NCBI GenBank assembly: GCA_965644315.1
Contig: CBFFRQ010000066.1
Span: 62,001-126,000, forward strand
Source: Caecitellus pseudoparvulus
Lineage: Eukaryota; Protista; Bigyra: Bicosoecida
Length of the DNA stretch: 64,000 nucleotides
Direction of reading: 5' to 3'
The notes under the pieces were generated by a model that saw only the letters and a list, made by a program, of their open reading frames with translations, had not been told where the DNA came from and did no database searches. This document shows, piece after piece, positions 11,300-22,325 of this stretch (position 1 is the stretch's first letter; every line of letters starts with the position of its first letter). The position numbers and the translations under genes were made by a program.

Positions 11300-13468
11300 A
11301 TGGCGACGGGCCACAACCCTAGCGTGGAGGAAGCCCTTGCTTTCCTTTCCGATGTGGAGTTCGGTACCAGTGCAGGCGGGCAGGACTTGCACGTCATCGC
11401 GGCGGAGCAGTTCCGCCTGTTGGCAGGAGAGGCCGGTGGTGCCTCAGTTGGGGCTGTCGAGCTGACGTCCGCGGAGTTGCTCGTTTGGTGCTTGCAGCAT
11501 GAGTTGCTGCGGGTCGTGTCTAGTGACATCACTACCCTCATGTTGCCCGGGCAGGCAGCGGGGCAGGGAGCCTCGGTGTGGCTGCACGACGTGAAAGTGA
11601 GCCCTCCCCGCCGCGTGCGTGGCAAGGCAGTGCGGGGGCCTCTGACGGATGACGCCGTGTATGCGGAGCATGCAGACATCCGTGAACGAGTGCCCCGCGG
11701 CTTGGCCTTCTTGCACGTGTGCCCTGCTGCCGAGTTGGTGCCCAAGGTGGGCAAGGAAGGGCAGCACGTTGGCGTGCAGGCTCCCGCCACGGCAGGGGAG
11801 GTCACTTTGCTCGTGCGGGGGCTGCGCAAGTTCACGGGGAAGGAGGACGGTGACGATGACGACACCCTGCCTGAGGCTGGCCAGGCTGGCTCCCAGGCCA
11901 GCGAGGAGTGGCGCCGGTACTTCACCGCCGACCCTGACTCCGCAACCCACGTCGCCAATATGGAGAAGGCCAACGGGGAGAGCGGCCACCTGGGCGTGGT
12001 TCGGGCCCCCGCCAGTCTGCTGGCGGCAGCGGAGGCGTGTGGTGCGGCTTGCCCTCCCCTGCTGATTGTGGGCGGCAGCAAGTCGGTGCACGCAGTGCTG
12101 CGGGAGCCGCGAGATTTGCAGCACGAAGTGTACACCGCACCCCGCTACGACTACGCCCGGCCCATTCTGGGCACATGCCTGGACATCTTGCATGCGGCGG
12201 GGGACAAGCGCCAGGTGTTCATGGACTTCATGTCCACCCTGCACCTGACGATGTGTGTGGAGTTCCTGAACCCCGACACGCAGCATGTGGAGCGCTTCGA
12301 CTTTACCCACCCGCAGGTGCAGACGCTGACGTTCGTGTCAGGCCGGGCGACACAGCCGCCCTCCCTTGCCTTGGGCCTGCACCCCATCGTCGCTGTGTGC
12401 ACTGCGAAGCACTTTGGCTTCGACTCCGTCGCGTCGTCGCTGCGCCCCATCAGCGAGCTCCCAGCCGTCTTGCACGATACCCGTCATGAGTACGGCAAGG
12501 AGGGCAGTGTGCTGTACTACATCGACGCAGGGGGCAGCGTCATCTCCCTGGTCAAGCGCAAGAGCGTGTGGTACATCCTGCAGCGCGCTGTGCGGGAGAA
12601 GGTGCGGGGTATGGGCAGCAAGCTGCTCGGCCTGCACGAGGCGGGGTGGCGCCTGTCAGGCCTGGCCGCCGCCGGAACCAGCCTGGACGAGGTCAAGGAG
12701 GCGGCGAAGGACTTTGTGCGGGAGTGGCGCGGCCTGAAGAGCCGGGAGAAGCGCTCACGGGGCGCCTGGAACAAGCACGTGCAGGGGGCGGCGGAGGGGG
12801 CGGGGCTCAAGGCGGACGTTGCGCGGGCCATCCTGGGGGGGCTGGTGGTGGAGGCGGCAGGTGCCACGGCGCCGACGCCTGCCGCTGCAGAGGGCGCCTT
12901 GCCCCCCACGGGGGCAGACGATGCGCGCGTCGTGCAGTGGCTGGCGTCTGTGGGCGTGTCCATGGAGGCGCAGCCCGCAGGCCCCACGAGCGGCAAGGGA
13001 CGCAGACGGCGCCGTGGGCGGCGTGGCAAGGGGGGCGGCGCCCAGCAGGCAGGGGGCGCTGGCAGTGAAGGGGGGGTGGACCTGGAGGCTCTGCAGGGCA
13101 TGGTGCGGCAGGATGTGGCTGACGGTGTGGCAATGGAGACGCGCCACACGCTCTTCCGCATGGGGCTGCGCATGCTGGATATCCAGGACTGGCTGGCCCT
13201 GCACCCTGAGACCGTGCTGGCCCACGCCCGGGTGTGCCTGGGCTTCATCAAGGCTGTGGGGGCCACTGAGCCCCGGCGTGGCGCGCCCAGCACAGCAGCC
13301 GCCGAGGGGGGTGCTGCCGGTGACTCTGCCTTTCACCGCACGCAGGTGTGGCTGCAGGAGGGCTGGGATGGGGAGCAGCTCGCCCACCGGTTCCCGCAAG
13401 TCATGCAGGTGTGGCTGGCCGCCTCTGGCGTCAGCGACAACATCGTCCCCCGCACAGTGGACGCGTGA
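11300..13468 (+). CDS. Stand-alone Trl1/Rnl1-like ATP-dependent RNA ligase (covalent nucleotidyltransferase), intronless, ~722 aa
   Basis: Ordered motifs PRGL, VRGLRKF, EKANGE (motif I KxNG), GSKSVH, TMCVEF, EGSVLY (IV), VKRK (V), WY..QRAVRE parallel the fungal Trl1 ligase domain. Confidence 0.65.
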   Translation: MATGHNPSVEEALAFLSDVEFGTSAGGQDLHVIAAEQFRLLAGEAGGASVGAVELTSAELLVWCLQHELLRVVSSDITTLMLPGQAAGQGASVWLHDVKVSPPRRVRGKAVRGPLTDDAVYAEHADIRERVPRGLAFLHVCPAAELVPKVGKEGQHVGVQAPATAGEVTLLVRGLRKFTGKEDGDDDDTLPEAGQAGSQASEEWRRYFTADPDSATHVANMEKANGESGHLGVVRAPASLLAAAEACGAACPPLLIVGGSKSVHAVLREPRDLQHEVYTAPRYDYARPILGTCLDILHAAGDKRQVFMDFMSTLHLTMCVEFLNPDTQHVERFDFTHPQVQTLTFVSGRATQPPSLALGLHPIVAVCTAKHFGFDSVASSLRPISELPAVLHDTRHEYGKEGSVLYYIDAGGSVISLVKRKSVWYILQRAVREKVRGMGSKLLGLHEAGWRLSGLAAAGTSLDEVKEAAKDFVREWRGLKSREKRSRGAWNKHVQGAAEGAGLKADVARAILGGLVVEAAGATAPTPAAAEGALPPTGADDARVVQWLASVGVSMEAQPAGPTSGKGRRRRRGRRGKGGGAQQAGGAGSEGGVDLEALQGMVRQDVADGVAMETRHTLFRMGLRMLDIQDWLALHPETVLAHARVCLGFIKAVGATEPRRGAPSTAAAEGGAAGDSAFHRTQVWLQEGWDGEQLAHRFPQVMQVWLAASGVSDNIVPRTVDA

Positions 13469-13495
13469 CGTGGTGGGTGGCTGTGCCTGCATTGC

Positions 13496-16400
13496 TCAAC
13501 GGCCCCCTGCGGGTTGGGCGCCGCGGTGGGCAGCCTTGCTTGCGAGGGCTGCCCGCCGGGCCTGCTTCTTGGAGGTGGGCTTGGCCGTCTCCCCCTGCAC
13601 CAGGCTGGACATGAAGGCGGCGGCGGCATCCGCGCCCTCCAGCTGCGTGCCGTAGGGGTCGGCATCCCGGGCGCCCTTGCGGATGCGTGAGTTCTTCCCC
13701 CGCCCCTTGATGCGGGGGGCCCGCTTGGGGGGCGCAGCCACAGGCTCCGCCGGCTCGGCGAAGAAGGTGTCTTCGAATGCACCCTGCTCCTGGCCGACAC
13801 CTGCGCCATCACCAGCTGCCCGCAAGACATTGGGGCCCGCGTGGGCGCCGGATGAGGGCTGCATGGGCAGTGCCTCTGGGGCGCTGGCCCCCACACGCGG
13901 CTTGGGCATGGTCATACGAAGCCCGCCCAGGCCTGCTGCAGCCACCGTGTGTGCCCCTGCAGGCTGGCCACTGCGGATGGCCGTCAAGACGTCGTGGTCA
14001 CTGGCGCCAGCCAGGCGGGACGCGCTCTGAGCGGCGGCGGTGTCCTCGCTGGACACCGCCGCGGCAGGACCGCCGTCGAAGCCAGGGGGGGGGTGGCAGT
14101 AGACCAGGCGCCCCTCCACGTAGTCTCGGAGCAGGATGCGGGCTCCCGCTGGGTGGTTGGGGCCGGCGTGGGCGGACGCCATGAGGCCTCGCTCTGTGCA
14201 GAATGCATCCAGCACCTCCTTCACGGTGGGGATTCGGTGGGGGTTCTCCTCCGGCCCCGGCGGCGGGATGGTGATGCCGTACCGCTCCTGGATCTGGCGG
14301 CGCGGCACCCGCGACACCAGCAGCCACATGGGCGGCACGTGGTCACGCAGGTGGGCCAGGGGCAGCATGCCGTTGCACACCATTTCCGCGCGGGTGGCGA
14401 CGAAGGAGGGGAACACCAGCCCCGGGCAGTCACACAGCGTGACCTTGTCCGTCAGCTCCAGCGTCTGGAAGTGCCGAGTCTTGCCTGGCGTGGAGCTCAC
14501 CGCCACGCGCAGGCCATGGTGGTTGCTGGAGGTCACGCCCAGCAGCACGTTGATGAGGGAGGACTTGCCCACGTTGGGGTACCCCACCATGCCGATGGTG
14601 AGCCGGCGCCGGCGGGGCGCCGCCTCGCCGCCCTCCTCCTCCCCTGCCTCACCCTTGCCCATGAGCTTGGACAGGTGGGCCCCCGCCGCGCCGCCCTTGA
14701 GGCTCTCTGCAATGGTCTTGGCGGCCCGGGCCATGTCCACGGTGGGCACCCCGTTCACCCACGTCACGTGCTCCTCCCCGATGTCGATGGCGCCGCCGGC
14801 GAACTGGGTGCGGGCAGCCTTGCCCTGTCCGCCGCGGGCGCCGAACTTGCGCCGCCCCTTGGCGTTACCGCCCAGCACGGCCCCTACCATGGTGGCTGCT
14901 TCAGCGCCCAGGGGCAGCTCTGCTTCAGCCAGCTCCACTTCCCCCGCCACACTCGGCCCGTCCCCCTCCTCGGCGCCGTCGTCGTCGTACGCCACGTCGC
15001 CGTGCCCTGTGGGGTCTGAGAACACACCCTCCACAGCAGCCTCTTCCCCACCAGCAGCAGCACGGGCAGCTGATGCAGCCGCCTCGGCCGCCGCCGCCTC
15101 AGCTGCCGCCGCTGCTCGGGCTGCCTCCGCCGCGGCAGCTTCCTTCTCCGCTGCCAGGGCTGCCTCCAGCTGGGCTTGCTTGCGGGTGGACTGCTTTCCC
15201 GCAGTGTTGACGTGCAGGAGGTGCGCGTACGTCTCCTCAAGGTACTCCGTCAGCTCCACTCGCCCCAGCACGCGTGTGCGGCGGGACTCCCCCTCCTCCT
15301 CCTCCTGCGCAGGCCCCTCGGGCACTGTGGGAGGGGCCACGGCGCCCCCCACACCAGTGCCCGCCATGGGCCCAGGGGGGGCGGCCACCGCAGTTGCAGT
15401 TGCAGTTGCAGGTGCGCCCGAGTCCCCCGAATCACTGGCGCCGTCATCCGCCCCAGCTGAGCTGGCACCAGTGGAGGCACTGCTGTCGCCACCGCCACCC
15501 AGCAACTCGTGCTGCTCCAGGGCGCCCGCGTCCAGGTACGTCTCCAGGGCCTTGGCCTCCGCCTCCAGTCGGTCCGCCTCTGCCTTGGCCGAGAAGAAGA
15601 GGAAGTCGATGCCCTCCCCCTCCAGGTAGCTGGCCCACGCCTCACGCAGGTGCAGGGGCAGGAAGTCGGCCTTGTTGATGATGAGCAGGCAGCGCTTGGC
15701 GGGGTTCACCTCGGCCACGTACGCCTCCAGGTCCTGGCAGCGGAACATGAGCGGGTCCCGCGCGTCCACGATCTGCACCACCACGTCGGACCGCTCAATG
15801 ACGCGCCACAGCTGCTTCCACACCTCCACGTTCTTCTCGAACGGCGTCACTCCTGCGTGGTTCAGGCCAGGCGCTGCCAACTGCTGCTCCACCCTGCAAT
15901 CGGCAAACAGCAAGGCAGTGTGTGGCGCTGGCCGGCACGCTGCTGAGACCACCCGCACACGCACATGGCAATCTGAGCCCTCCACTTGAGGAACGCTTCG
16001 TTCTCCAGCTGATTCAACTCCGCCGCCGTCATGTCTTCCGTCCACTCAGGGCGCCTTGGAATGCGCAGGGTCTGACGCGCCAGCTCGGGATCCCTGCGCA
16101 AGCACGGTGCGGGTTGGAGTTTCGTCGTGAAACGCGGGGCAGCCTGGCGGACCAGCTTTCGCATGCCTGGACACGTACAGTGTTGCTGACGCCATGGTGG
16201 AAGGTGCGGACGAGTCATCCATGGCGATGCTGATTTCCCCTCGCTCAGCGACGAACTCCCGCTGGCTCATGACGGCATTCGCAACAAACTCTTCCTGCGG
16301 AATGAGCCCAGCAGGCAACGGTGTTCGGTGCCGGCAATGCGCCACGCGCGAGCGCGGACACCCACCAAAGAAGTGGCATCAGTAACAGAAGCTAGCTTTC

Positions 16401-16622
16401 CGTGGGCCCCGTGCTGGTCCACGTGGTGAAACCCCGTCCTGCAAGCACGGGCCAGTGCCGTGCAGCAACGCGAGCGTCGCCTGGCCCCCCCACCAGCACA
16501 TACCCGGACTTGGCAGCCACGCGGCGCTCCTGGGCGACGCGGCGCTTGTTCCGCACGAGAGACATGCCGAGGGCCTTCTTGCGGGCGGCTTTCGCGCCTC
16601 CTCTTCCCTTGCGCTTCGGCAT
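13496..16622 (-). CDS. LSG1: Large-subunit GTPase 1 (circularly permuted GTPase, 60S export), spliced
   Basis: LRIPRRPEW, VTPFEKNVEVWKQLWRVIERSDVVVQIVDARDP, NKAD, GYPNVGKSS, TPGKTRHFQT, DCPGLVFP. Confidence 0.93.
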
Positions 16623-17027
16623 GGTTGCTGGGAGGGTCGCTGAGGACTGCGGGGCACTGCCACAGCTCGCTTCTGCAAAGGAGTCCGCGAGAGCACCAGG
16701 AGACGGGGCCTGGCAGTAAAAGTGTGGAAAGGGAGGTCCATTCCTTGGAAGCCTCGCCGTGGTGGTAGTTTTGCACGACTGTGAAGTATGCGCTCTGATC
16801 CTGCTGTCGCGACTGCTGCGGTCCAGCACTGTGCACTTGTGCAGGGCCAGTCAAACAAAAAAACTGCGCAGCGCCACGATTCAATCCAAGTTGTGGGCCT
16901 TGCCTGCTGTGAGGCACGCCAGCAAAGGCATCGGCCTGGCACAGCAGGCTGAGCCATCTTTGTGGGGCGTTTCAGTTTCCGCACCTGATTGCTGCGAGGT
17001 CGCTAACACCGCGGCAAGACCGTGAAC

Positions 17028-17885
17028 ATGGCCGCCAGCACAGCGGAAGGTGTGTTCCATGTGCTGCATGTGGCTGGTACAGGTTGCGTGGCACACGGCC
17101 CCCTCCACACACTCTCACGCCGCGCAGCAGGTGGCCAGCCCACGCTGCAGTCTGCGGCAACTTCGGGAGACCTGGACGCACTGCGGCAAAGCTTGGACTC
17201 GGCGACCCCCTCCCAGGCTCAGCTTCAGCGTGCATTCACCGCTGCTTGCATGGCTGGGCAGAGTGCAGCCGTCCAGGCACTGCTCGACGTGCCCGGCCCA
17301 CCCTCAGTTGACCCCACACGCACCAGCAAGGTGCAGCGGAGCGGGTTCTGCTGGGCCTGCCTCAGAGGCCACACGGAAGTGGTTCGCTTGCTGCTGGCTC
17401 TGGACGGCGCACGGGAGGTGGATGTGCACGCGGCAGACGCCCTGGGGCGAGGGGCCCCCCTGCGCCTCGCTTGCATGGGGGGCCACATCCAAGTCCTGCG
17501 CATGCTGCTGGCGTGCACGGGACACAGGCGCGTGGACGTGCATGCAGAGGACACGGGCGGCGCTGAGAGTGCCTTTCGGAAGGCCTGTGAGTGGGGCCGG
17601 CTGGATGTGGTCTCTCAGCTGCTGGCGCTGACAGGCTCTCGGCAGGTCGACGTGTGGGCGGGGGGGCAGCACAGCGGCTGGCACGCGGCGCTCAAGTTCC
17701 ACCGGGACGCTGTCCTGACCTTGCTTGTGAGCCTGCCAGGCGACAGGCTGTTCCCCTGTGGCGAGTGCCCTGATGGGGAGGTGGAGCGCTTCATCAGGGC
17801 GCGCCGCGGGGATGCACTGTGGGGCGGAACCTGCCACCGGAGGGCGAGGAGGGATGTGTTGCTGCTCAGGAGTTCCCTGCGGTAA
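17028..17885 (+). CDS. Ankyrin-repeat protein
   Basis: Repeats AFTAACMAGQ, GFCWACLRGHTEVVRLLL, PLRLACMGGH, AFRKACEWGRLDVV. Confidence 0.8.
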   Translation: MAASTAEGVFHVLHVAGTGCVAHGPLHTLSRRAAGGQPTLQSAATSGDLDALRQSLDSATPSQAQLQRAFTAACMAGQSAAVQALLDVPGPPSVDPTRTSKVQRSGFCWACLRGHTEVVRLLLALDGAREVDVHAADALGRGAPLRLACMGGHIQVLRMLLACTGHRRVDVHAEDTGGAESAFRKACEWGRLDVVSQLLALTGSRQVDVWAGGQHSGWHAALKFHRDAVLTLLVSLPGDRLFPCGECPDGEVERFIRARRGDALWGGTCHRRARRDVLLLRSSLR

Positions 17886-18178
17886 TTTGGGTGGCGCTCA
17901 TGCCTCACCCGGCACGGCAGCGTGTTGCCTCGCGCTCGCGTGCAGCACGCTCAGGGAATCCACAACCAAGCCGTGCCCCGCAAGCGCATTGCCCTGCCCC
18001 CGGCACATTCACACCCGGAAGTCTCACACTTCTAATTGATAGTGGCGCTCCTGTGCCCGCTTTGGCAACGGGCCCAACACGCCCTCGCACGCAAGCGCCT
18101 GAGTGCATCACGGCGTTTCAGCTGCGTTGCGGCACGTAGCGCCAGAGGACAGCTCGTGTGCTTGCACGCGTTTGCAGC

Positions 18179-19468
18179 ATGCCGAGGGTGCGTTGCGTGT
18201 GGCCTTTGCCGGCATGTGTCCCTTGGCCGCCCTCTGGTGCTGACCAGGCGCTGTGCGCTGAGGTGTGCCACGTCTGCCGCCACGCCCACGACGCAGGCCA
18301 CCCCAGAGGAAGTTGCGCGCAACAGGGAGGTCATCAACAAGCTCCTGCAGCTCCCTGAAAACAAGACATGTGCTGACTGCGGAAAGAAAGGTGGGTGGCC
18401 AGGTGGAGAGGCGAGCGCTTCCTGCCGTGCACGCGTGCTCCCTTGCACTGCGCAGACCCGCGCTGGGCTTCGGCGACGCTGGGGTGCTTCATCTGCATTG
18501 AATGCAGCGGCTTGCACAGGGGGCTGGGCACGCACATCTCCTTCGTGCAGTCGGCGACTCTGGACGAGTGGAAGACCAAGCACACCAAGACCATGGTGCG
18601 CTGGGGCAACAAGCGTGCCAAGGCGTACTGGGAGGCCAAGCTGCCCAAGGGCTTCACGCCCCCCAACGAGCACTCCTCCAAGGCGGTGCTGCAGAAGTGG
18701 ATGCGGGACAAGTACGAGAAGGGCAAGTACCGCGCCGACGAACTGCCCCCCAAGAACTCCCACGTGGACGACAAGAAGGCCAAGAAGGCCAAGAAAGCGG
18801 CCAAGAAAGCGGCCCGCGCAGAGGAGGCGGAGGGGGCTGACCCTCCCGCCGTGGCGGCACCTGCCGCCGTGTCCGCCGACGATGACTTGCTAGGCGGCAG
18901 CAGCACTCCCCTCAGCACGGCCAGCGCGCCAGTGCGCAGCTCCGTGCCGCCCACCACCGCAGCCACCACCGCCCCCGCCACGGCCCTGGAGGCGGACGAT
19001 GACCTGCTGGCAGGCCTGGCCAGCCCGGCGCCAGCTGAGCGCACGGCGTCTGCCCCTGCTCCCCGGCAGCCTGCTGCGTCTGCCCCGGCCTCCTACGGCT
19101 TCGACCCCTTCGCCGTCATGGCACAGCAGGCGGCCCGGGCGTCACCCCTGTCCCCACCCGGCATGGCCAAGGCGTCCAGCGGCGGCAGCATCGCCTCCCT
19201 CGGCGCTGGCATCGCCGGGCCTGGCGCAGGTGCCAAGGCGTCCATCATGGCAGCGTACTCGTCTGCCCCGACGCACTCAGCCCCCGGGCGTGCGCAGGGT
19301 GTGCCTGCTACGCCCCCCACCCACGGCGCTCACCTGGGTCACTCGGCCAACAAGGGTGCCGCCATCTCAGCCATGATGGGGCCGCCGCCTGGCGCGTACG
19401 GCCAGCCGGCGTATGGCCACCATGGATATGGCGCACAAGGGTACGGCGGCCAGGGAGGGTACCGGTAG
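18179..19468 (+). CDS. ArfGAP (SMAP-like), spliced; first exon MPR
   Basis: CADCGKK...PRWASATLGCFICIECSGLHRGLGTHISFVQSATLDEW zinc finger; DLL and FDPF motifs in the tail. Confidence 0.9.
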
Positions 19469-19496
19469 GGAACCTGCCGCGCCCAGCTGAGCACGG

Positions 19497-19504
19497 AATG
19501 CATT
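19497..19504. promoter_or_regulatory. Palindromic AATGCATT, candidate bidirectional 3'-end signal between ArfGAP and MECR
   Basis: The same hexamer recurs at every convergent junction in the window. Confidence 0.5.
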
Positions 19505-19526
19505 GGGGAGCCCAGGAGCAGGGGAC

Positions 19527-20898
19527 TCACTGCAGGCGGTCGGAGGGCGGGTCCATCAGCACGACGACGGGCTTCTCCGCGGCGTCCTGGGCACGTGCGA
19601 GGGCGATGGAGAAGTCCTTGAAAGGCTCCCACACACACGCCACGCTCTGCTTGCCAGCTGCCGTGCGCGCGGCCGAGGCCTTGATGGCGGCGTCCACATC
19701 CGCCTTGGGCTGCGTGCTCAGCCAGCTGGCCAGGGAGAAGCCTGTGACGTTGATGTTCTTCTTCAGCAACACGTCAGCTGTCAGGGGCAGGGGGTGCCCT
19801 GACGCGTTGCCCACGGACACGAGGGAGCCGCAGTGCCCCAGCGTCTGCGCCAGCACCAGGCCGCTGCGGCCACCCTCCGTGTCGATGGCGAGCTTGGGCG
19901 CAGGGACGTCGGACAAGGTGCGCGCGTACTCGGGGGTCTGTGTCAGGGGCTCGCTGAAGCTCATGCAGGCCTTGTTCTGGTTCTGCCACAGCCCGACGCT
20001 CTCGTGCCAGGTGGGGTGGTCGCGCTCCACGTTGATGACTACGATGCCCTTGGCCGCTGCCAGCTGCAGGACAGCCTGCCCCAAGGCCGACTTGGCGCCG
20101 TTCTGCACGATCACGTCGCCTGCCTCCAGGGGCACGAAGTCCGTCAGGAGGCGCTCTGCCGCGACGCCGGGCAGGATGGCCATGGCGGCCTGCTCCGCCG
20201 CCACGTCCTTGCCGTCTGCGTCCTTCAGGGAGAACTTGTCAATCTTCGTGACGGCCTCCTCGGAGGCGGTCGTCAGCGTCGTCCAGGTGCCTGTGCCGAC
20301 GAGGGTGCGGGGAGGTGAAGCAGGGGCTGCCGCGCCGCGCGTGACAGCGCTGCCACTCACCCAGCTTGCCTGCGCAGGGCACAACCCAGTCCCCGACAGC
20401 GACGCCAGTGACGCCGTCCCCAGTGGCGGCGACCTCTGCCACGCCCTGGTTGCCGCACACAGCAGGGAGCTTGCCTGCGGCCTCTGCGTTCCAGCCGTTG
20501 GCCTGCGGGGCAGCACAGGCAGGGGCAGCGGTGCGGAGCTTGCTGGGGCGCGGGATTTCCGCACCTGACCTGGGCAGGCCCAGCGGAACGTGCCCGACAA
20601 CGCACCTCGCTGATGTCGTAGGGCGCAACAGGCGCAGCCAGCATCTTCAGCAGCACCTGCTTTCCAGACACCTGGTCGTTCACCTCCACCGTCTCCTTCC
20701 TGCGTCAGCAAAGTGCGGAGGCAGGTGGTGCAGCGCCCGCACCCTGCACACTGCCAGGAAGCCGCACGCACTTGATGCCCAGCTCCAAGCTGCCATACTT
20801 GTGCACACGAACAGCCTCTGCAGCCAGAGCCATGCCACGCGCGGGCTGCCTGCTGGCTGACGCGGCAGACGCCGCGCAAGATGCCGCCTTGGCCAACA
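19527..20898 (-). CDS. MECR: Mitochondrial trans-2-enoyl-CoA/ACP reductase (MDR family), spliced
   Basis: QVLLKMLAAPVAPYD, GTWTT, GDVIVQNGAKSALGQAVLQLA; Ala/Arg/Ser-rich leader. Confidence 0.8.
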
Positions 20899-21196
20899 TG
20901 CTGGTGTGGTGTCGGCTGTGGCTCCGACTCCGGGACGGAGGCGGGAGGAGTGCCGGGGCAGAGGCGATGCAACGCTGCTGCAGTGCTGCATTCGTGACGG
21001 GCTCGTAGCAGGTACCGGAATGTGCTCCCCCCTGGGCTTTTGCGAGCCCTGTGGCCAGGGCGGTGGGCAGGCGACGCCTGCCGCTTCCTCGTGCGGGGAG
21101 GCACTGGCGCTGCCAGAAGGCAGGCAGCGGGGACTGGGGCCTCTCGGGGCCAGGAGCAATTCCAGGCTCCCAGCAAAGCACGCGCTCGCCCTGGAG

Positions 21197-22070
21197 TCAC
21201 ACGATGTTGCAGGGGGAGGGGGCTGGCGCGGGGGCTGGCGCGTCCAGCAGTCCGCTGTTGGCCTCCATCTCCCGGATGAGGCGCTCAAACACCTGCGTGA
21301 CGTTCGAGTCCAGCTTGGCCGAGGAGACGATGAAAGGTGTGCCCCACTCCTTGGCCAGGGCCTGCCCTTGCTCTGTTGTGACGCGCCTGTGAAGCAGTGT
21401 GGCGGAGGCGTGCATGGCAGCTCTCAGCGCCGCAGCAGGCCTCGGCTTGCTCACGGGGGCTGGATGTCTGCCTTGTTTGCTACCAACACCATGGGGACAG
21501 TGCTTGTCCCCAGCTGCTCCAGGAGAGACTCCCGGATGTTCTTGATCTGCAGCGGCGCGTTGGGAGGTCTGGGTGGCAAGAGCCAGCCATGCCAGGCCAG
21601 CGGTGCAGCTCCGCACCTGGATGAAGCTGTCCCTGAACGATGAGTCATACACCAGGACATATCCATGCACGCCGATGGCGGCCTCCTTGGGAATTTGAGT
21701 GTACTCGTCCTGCGCTCAGGGCTCACGGTAGCGGTGTAGCGCCGGCGGCGCATCACGTGGCCGGCAGCAACGCTCTCACCTGCCCCGCCGTGTCAACGAT
21801 GTCCAGATGAAACAGCACGCTCTCCACTTGGAGGTCCCGCGTGTATGTGCTAATGATCGTAGGCTGGTATTCCTGCGGAAAGTCAGCCCCAATCACTCGC
21901 TTGGTCAGGGATGACTTGCCTGCGCGGGGAAAGGATCGGCGGGTGCCACAAGTGCAGTGCACATTCCTCGCAACGCGGTGGCGGCTGCGGGAGCACGAAC
22001 CAACTCCACGAAAACCCAGAATGGCGATCCTCCTCTGCACGGGCCGCTTGGGTGCAGCAGCTGCAGCCAT
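21197..22070 (-). CDS. RHEB: Rheb small GTPase (4 introns)
   Basis: Spliced G1 GFRGVGKS with the Rheb-type Arg, YQPTI, DTAGQDEY, NKAD, SAK and C-terminal CaaX CNIV. Confidence 0.85.
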
Positions 22071-22325
22071 TGCTATCTAACCTCGACGAGGCGGGCGTCG
22101 CTGATCGGCAATAACACCTCGTGGAGGATGGCGTTGGGGCCGCGCTGGACAGTGGACACAGAGCGAAGTGCCTAGCCAGCAAAGGTGACAGCGTGGAGGA
22201 AACCCAGCGCGCCCAGCAGGCGCCCAGACACTGCAGCGGGGGGATCATACAGAGTACATTCACGGCGTCTGGGATGTATCTGCGCGCTGCCATTGACAGG
22301 GAGCGGCGCCGCCACGCCAAGCGCC

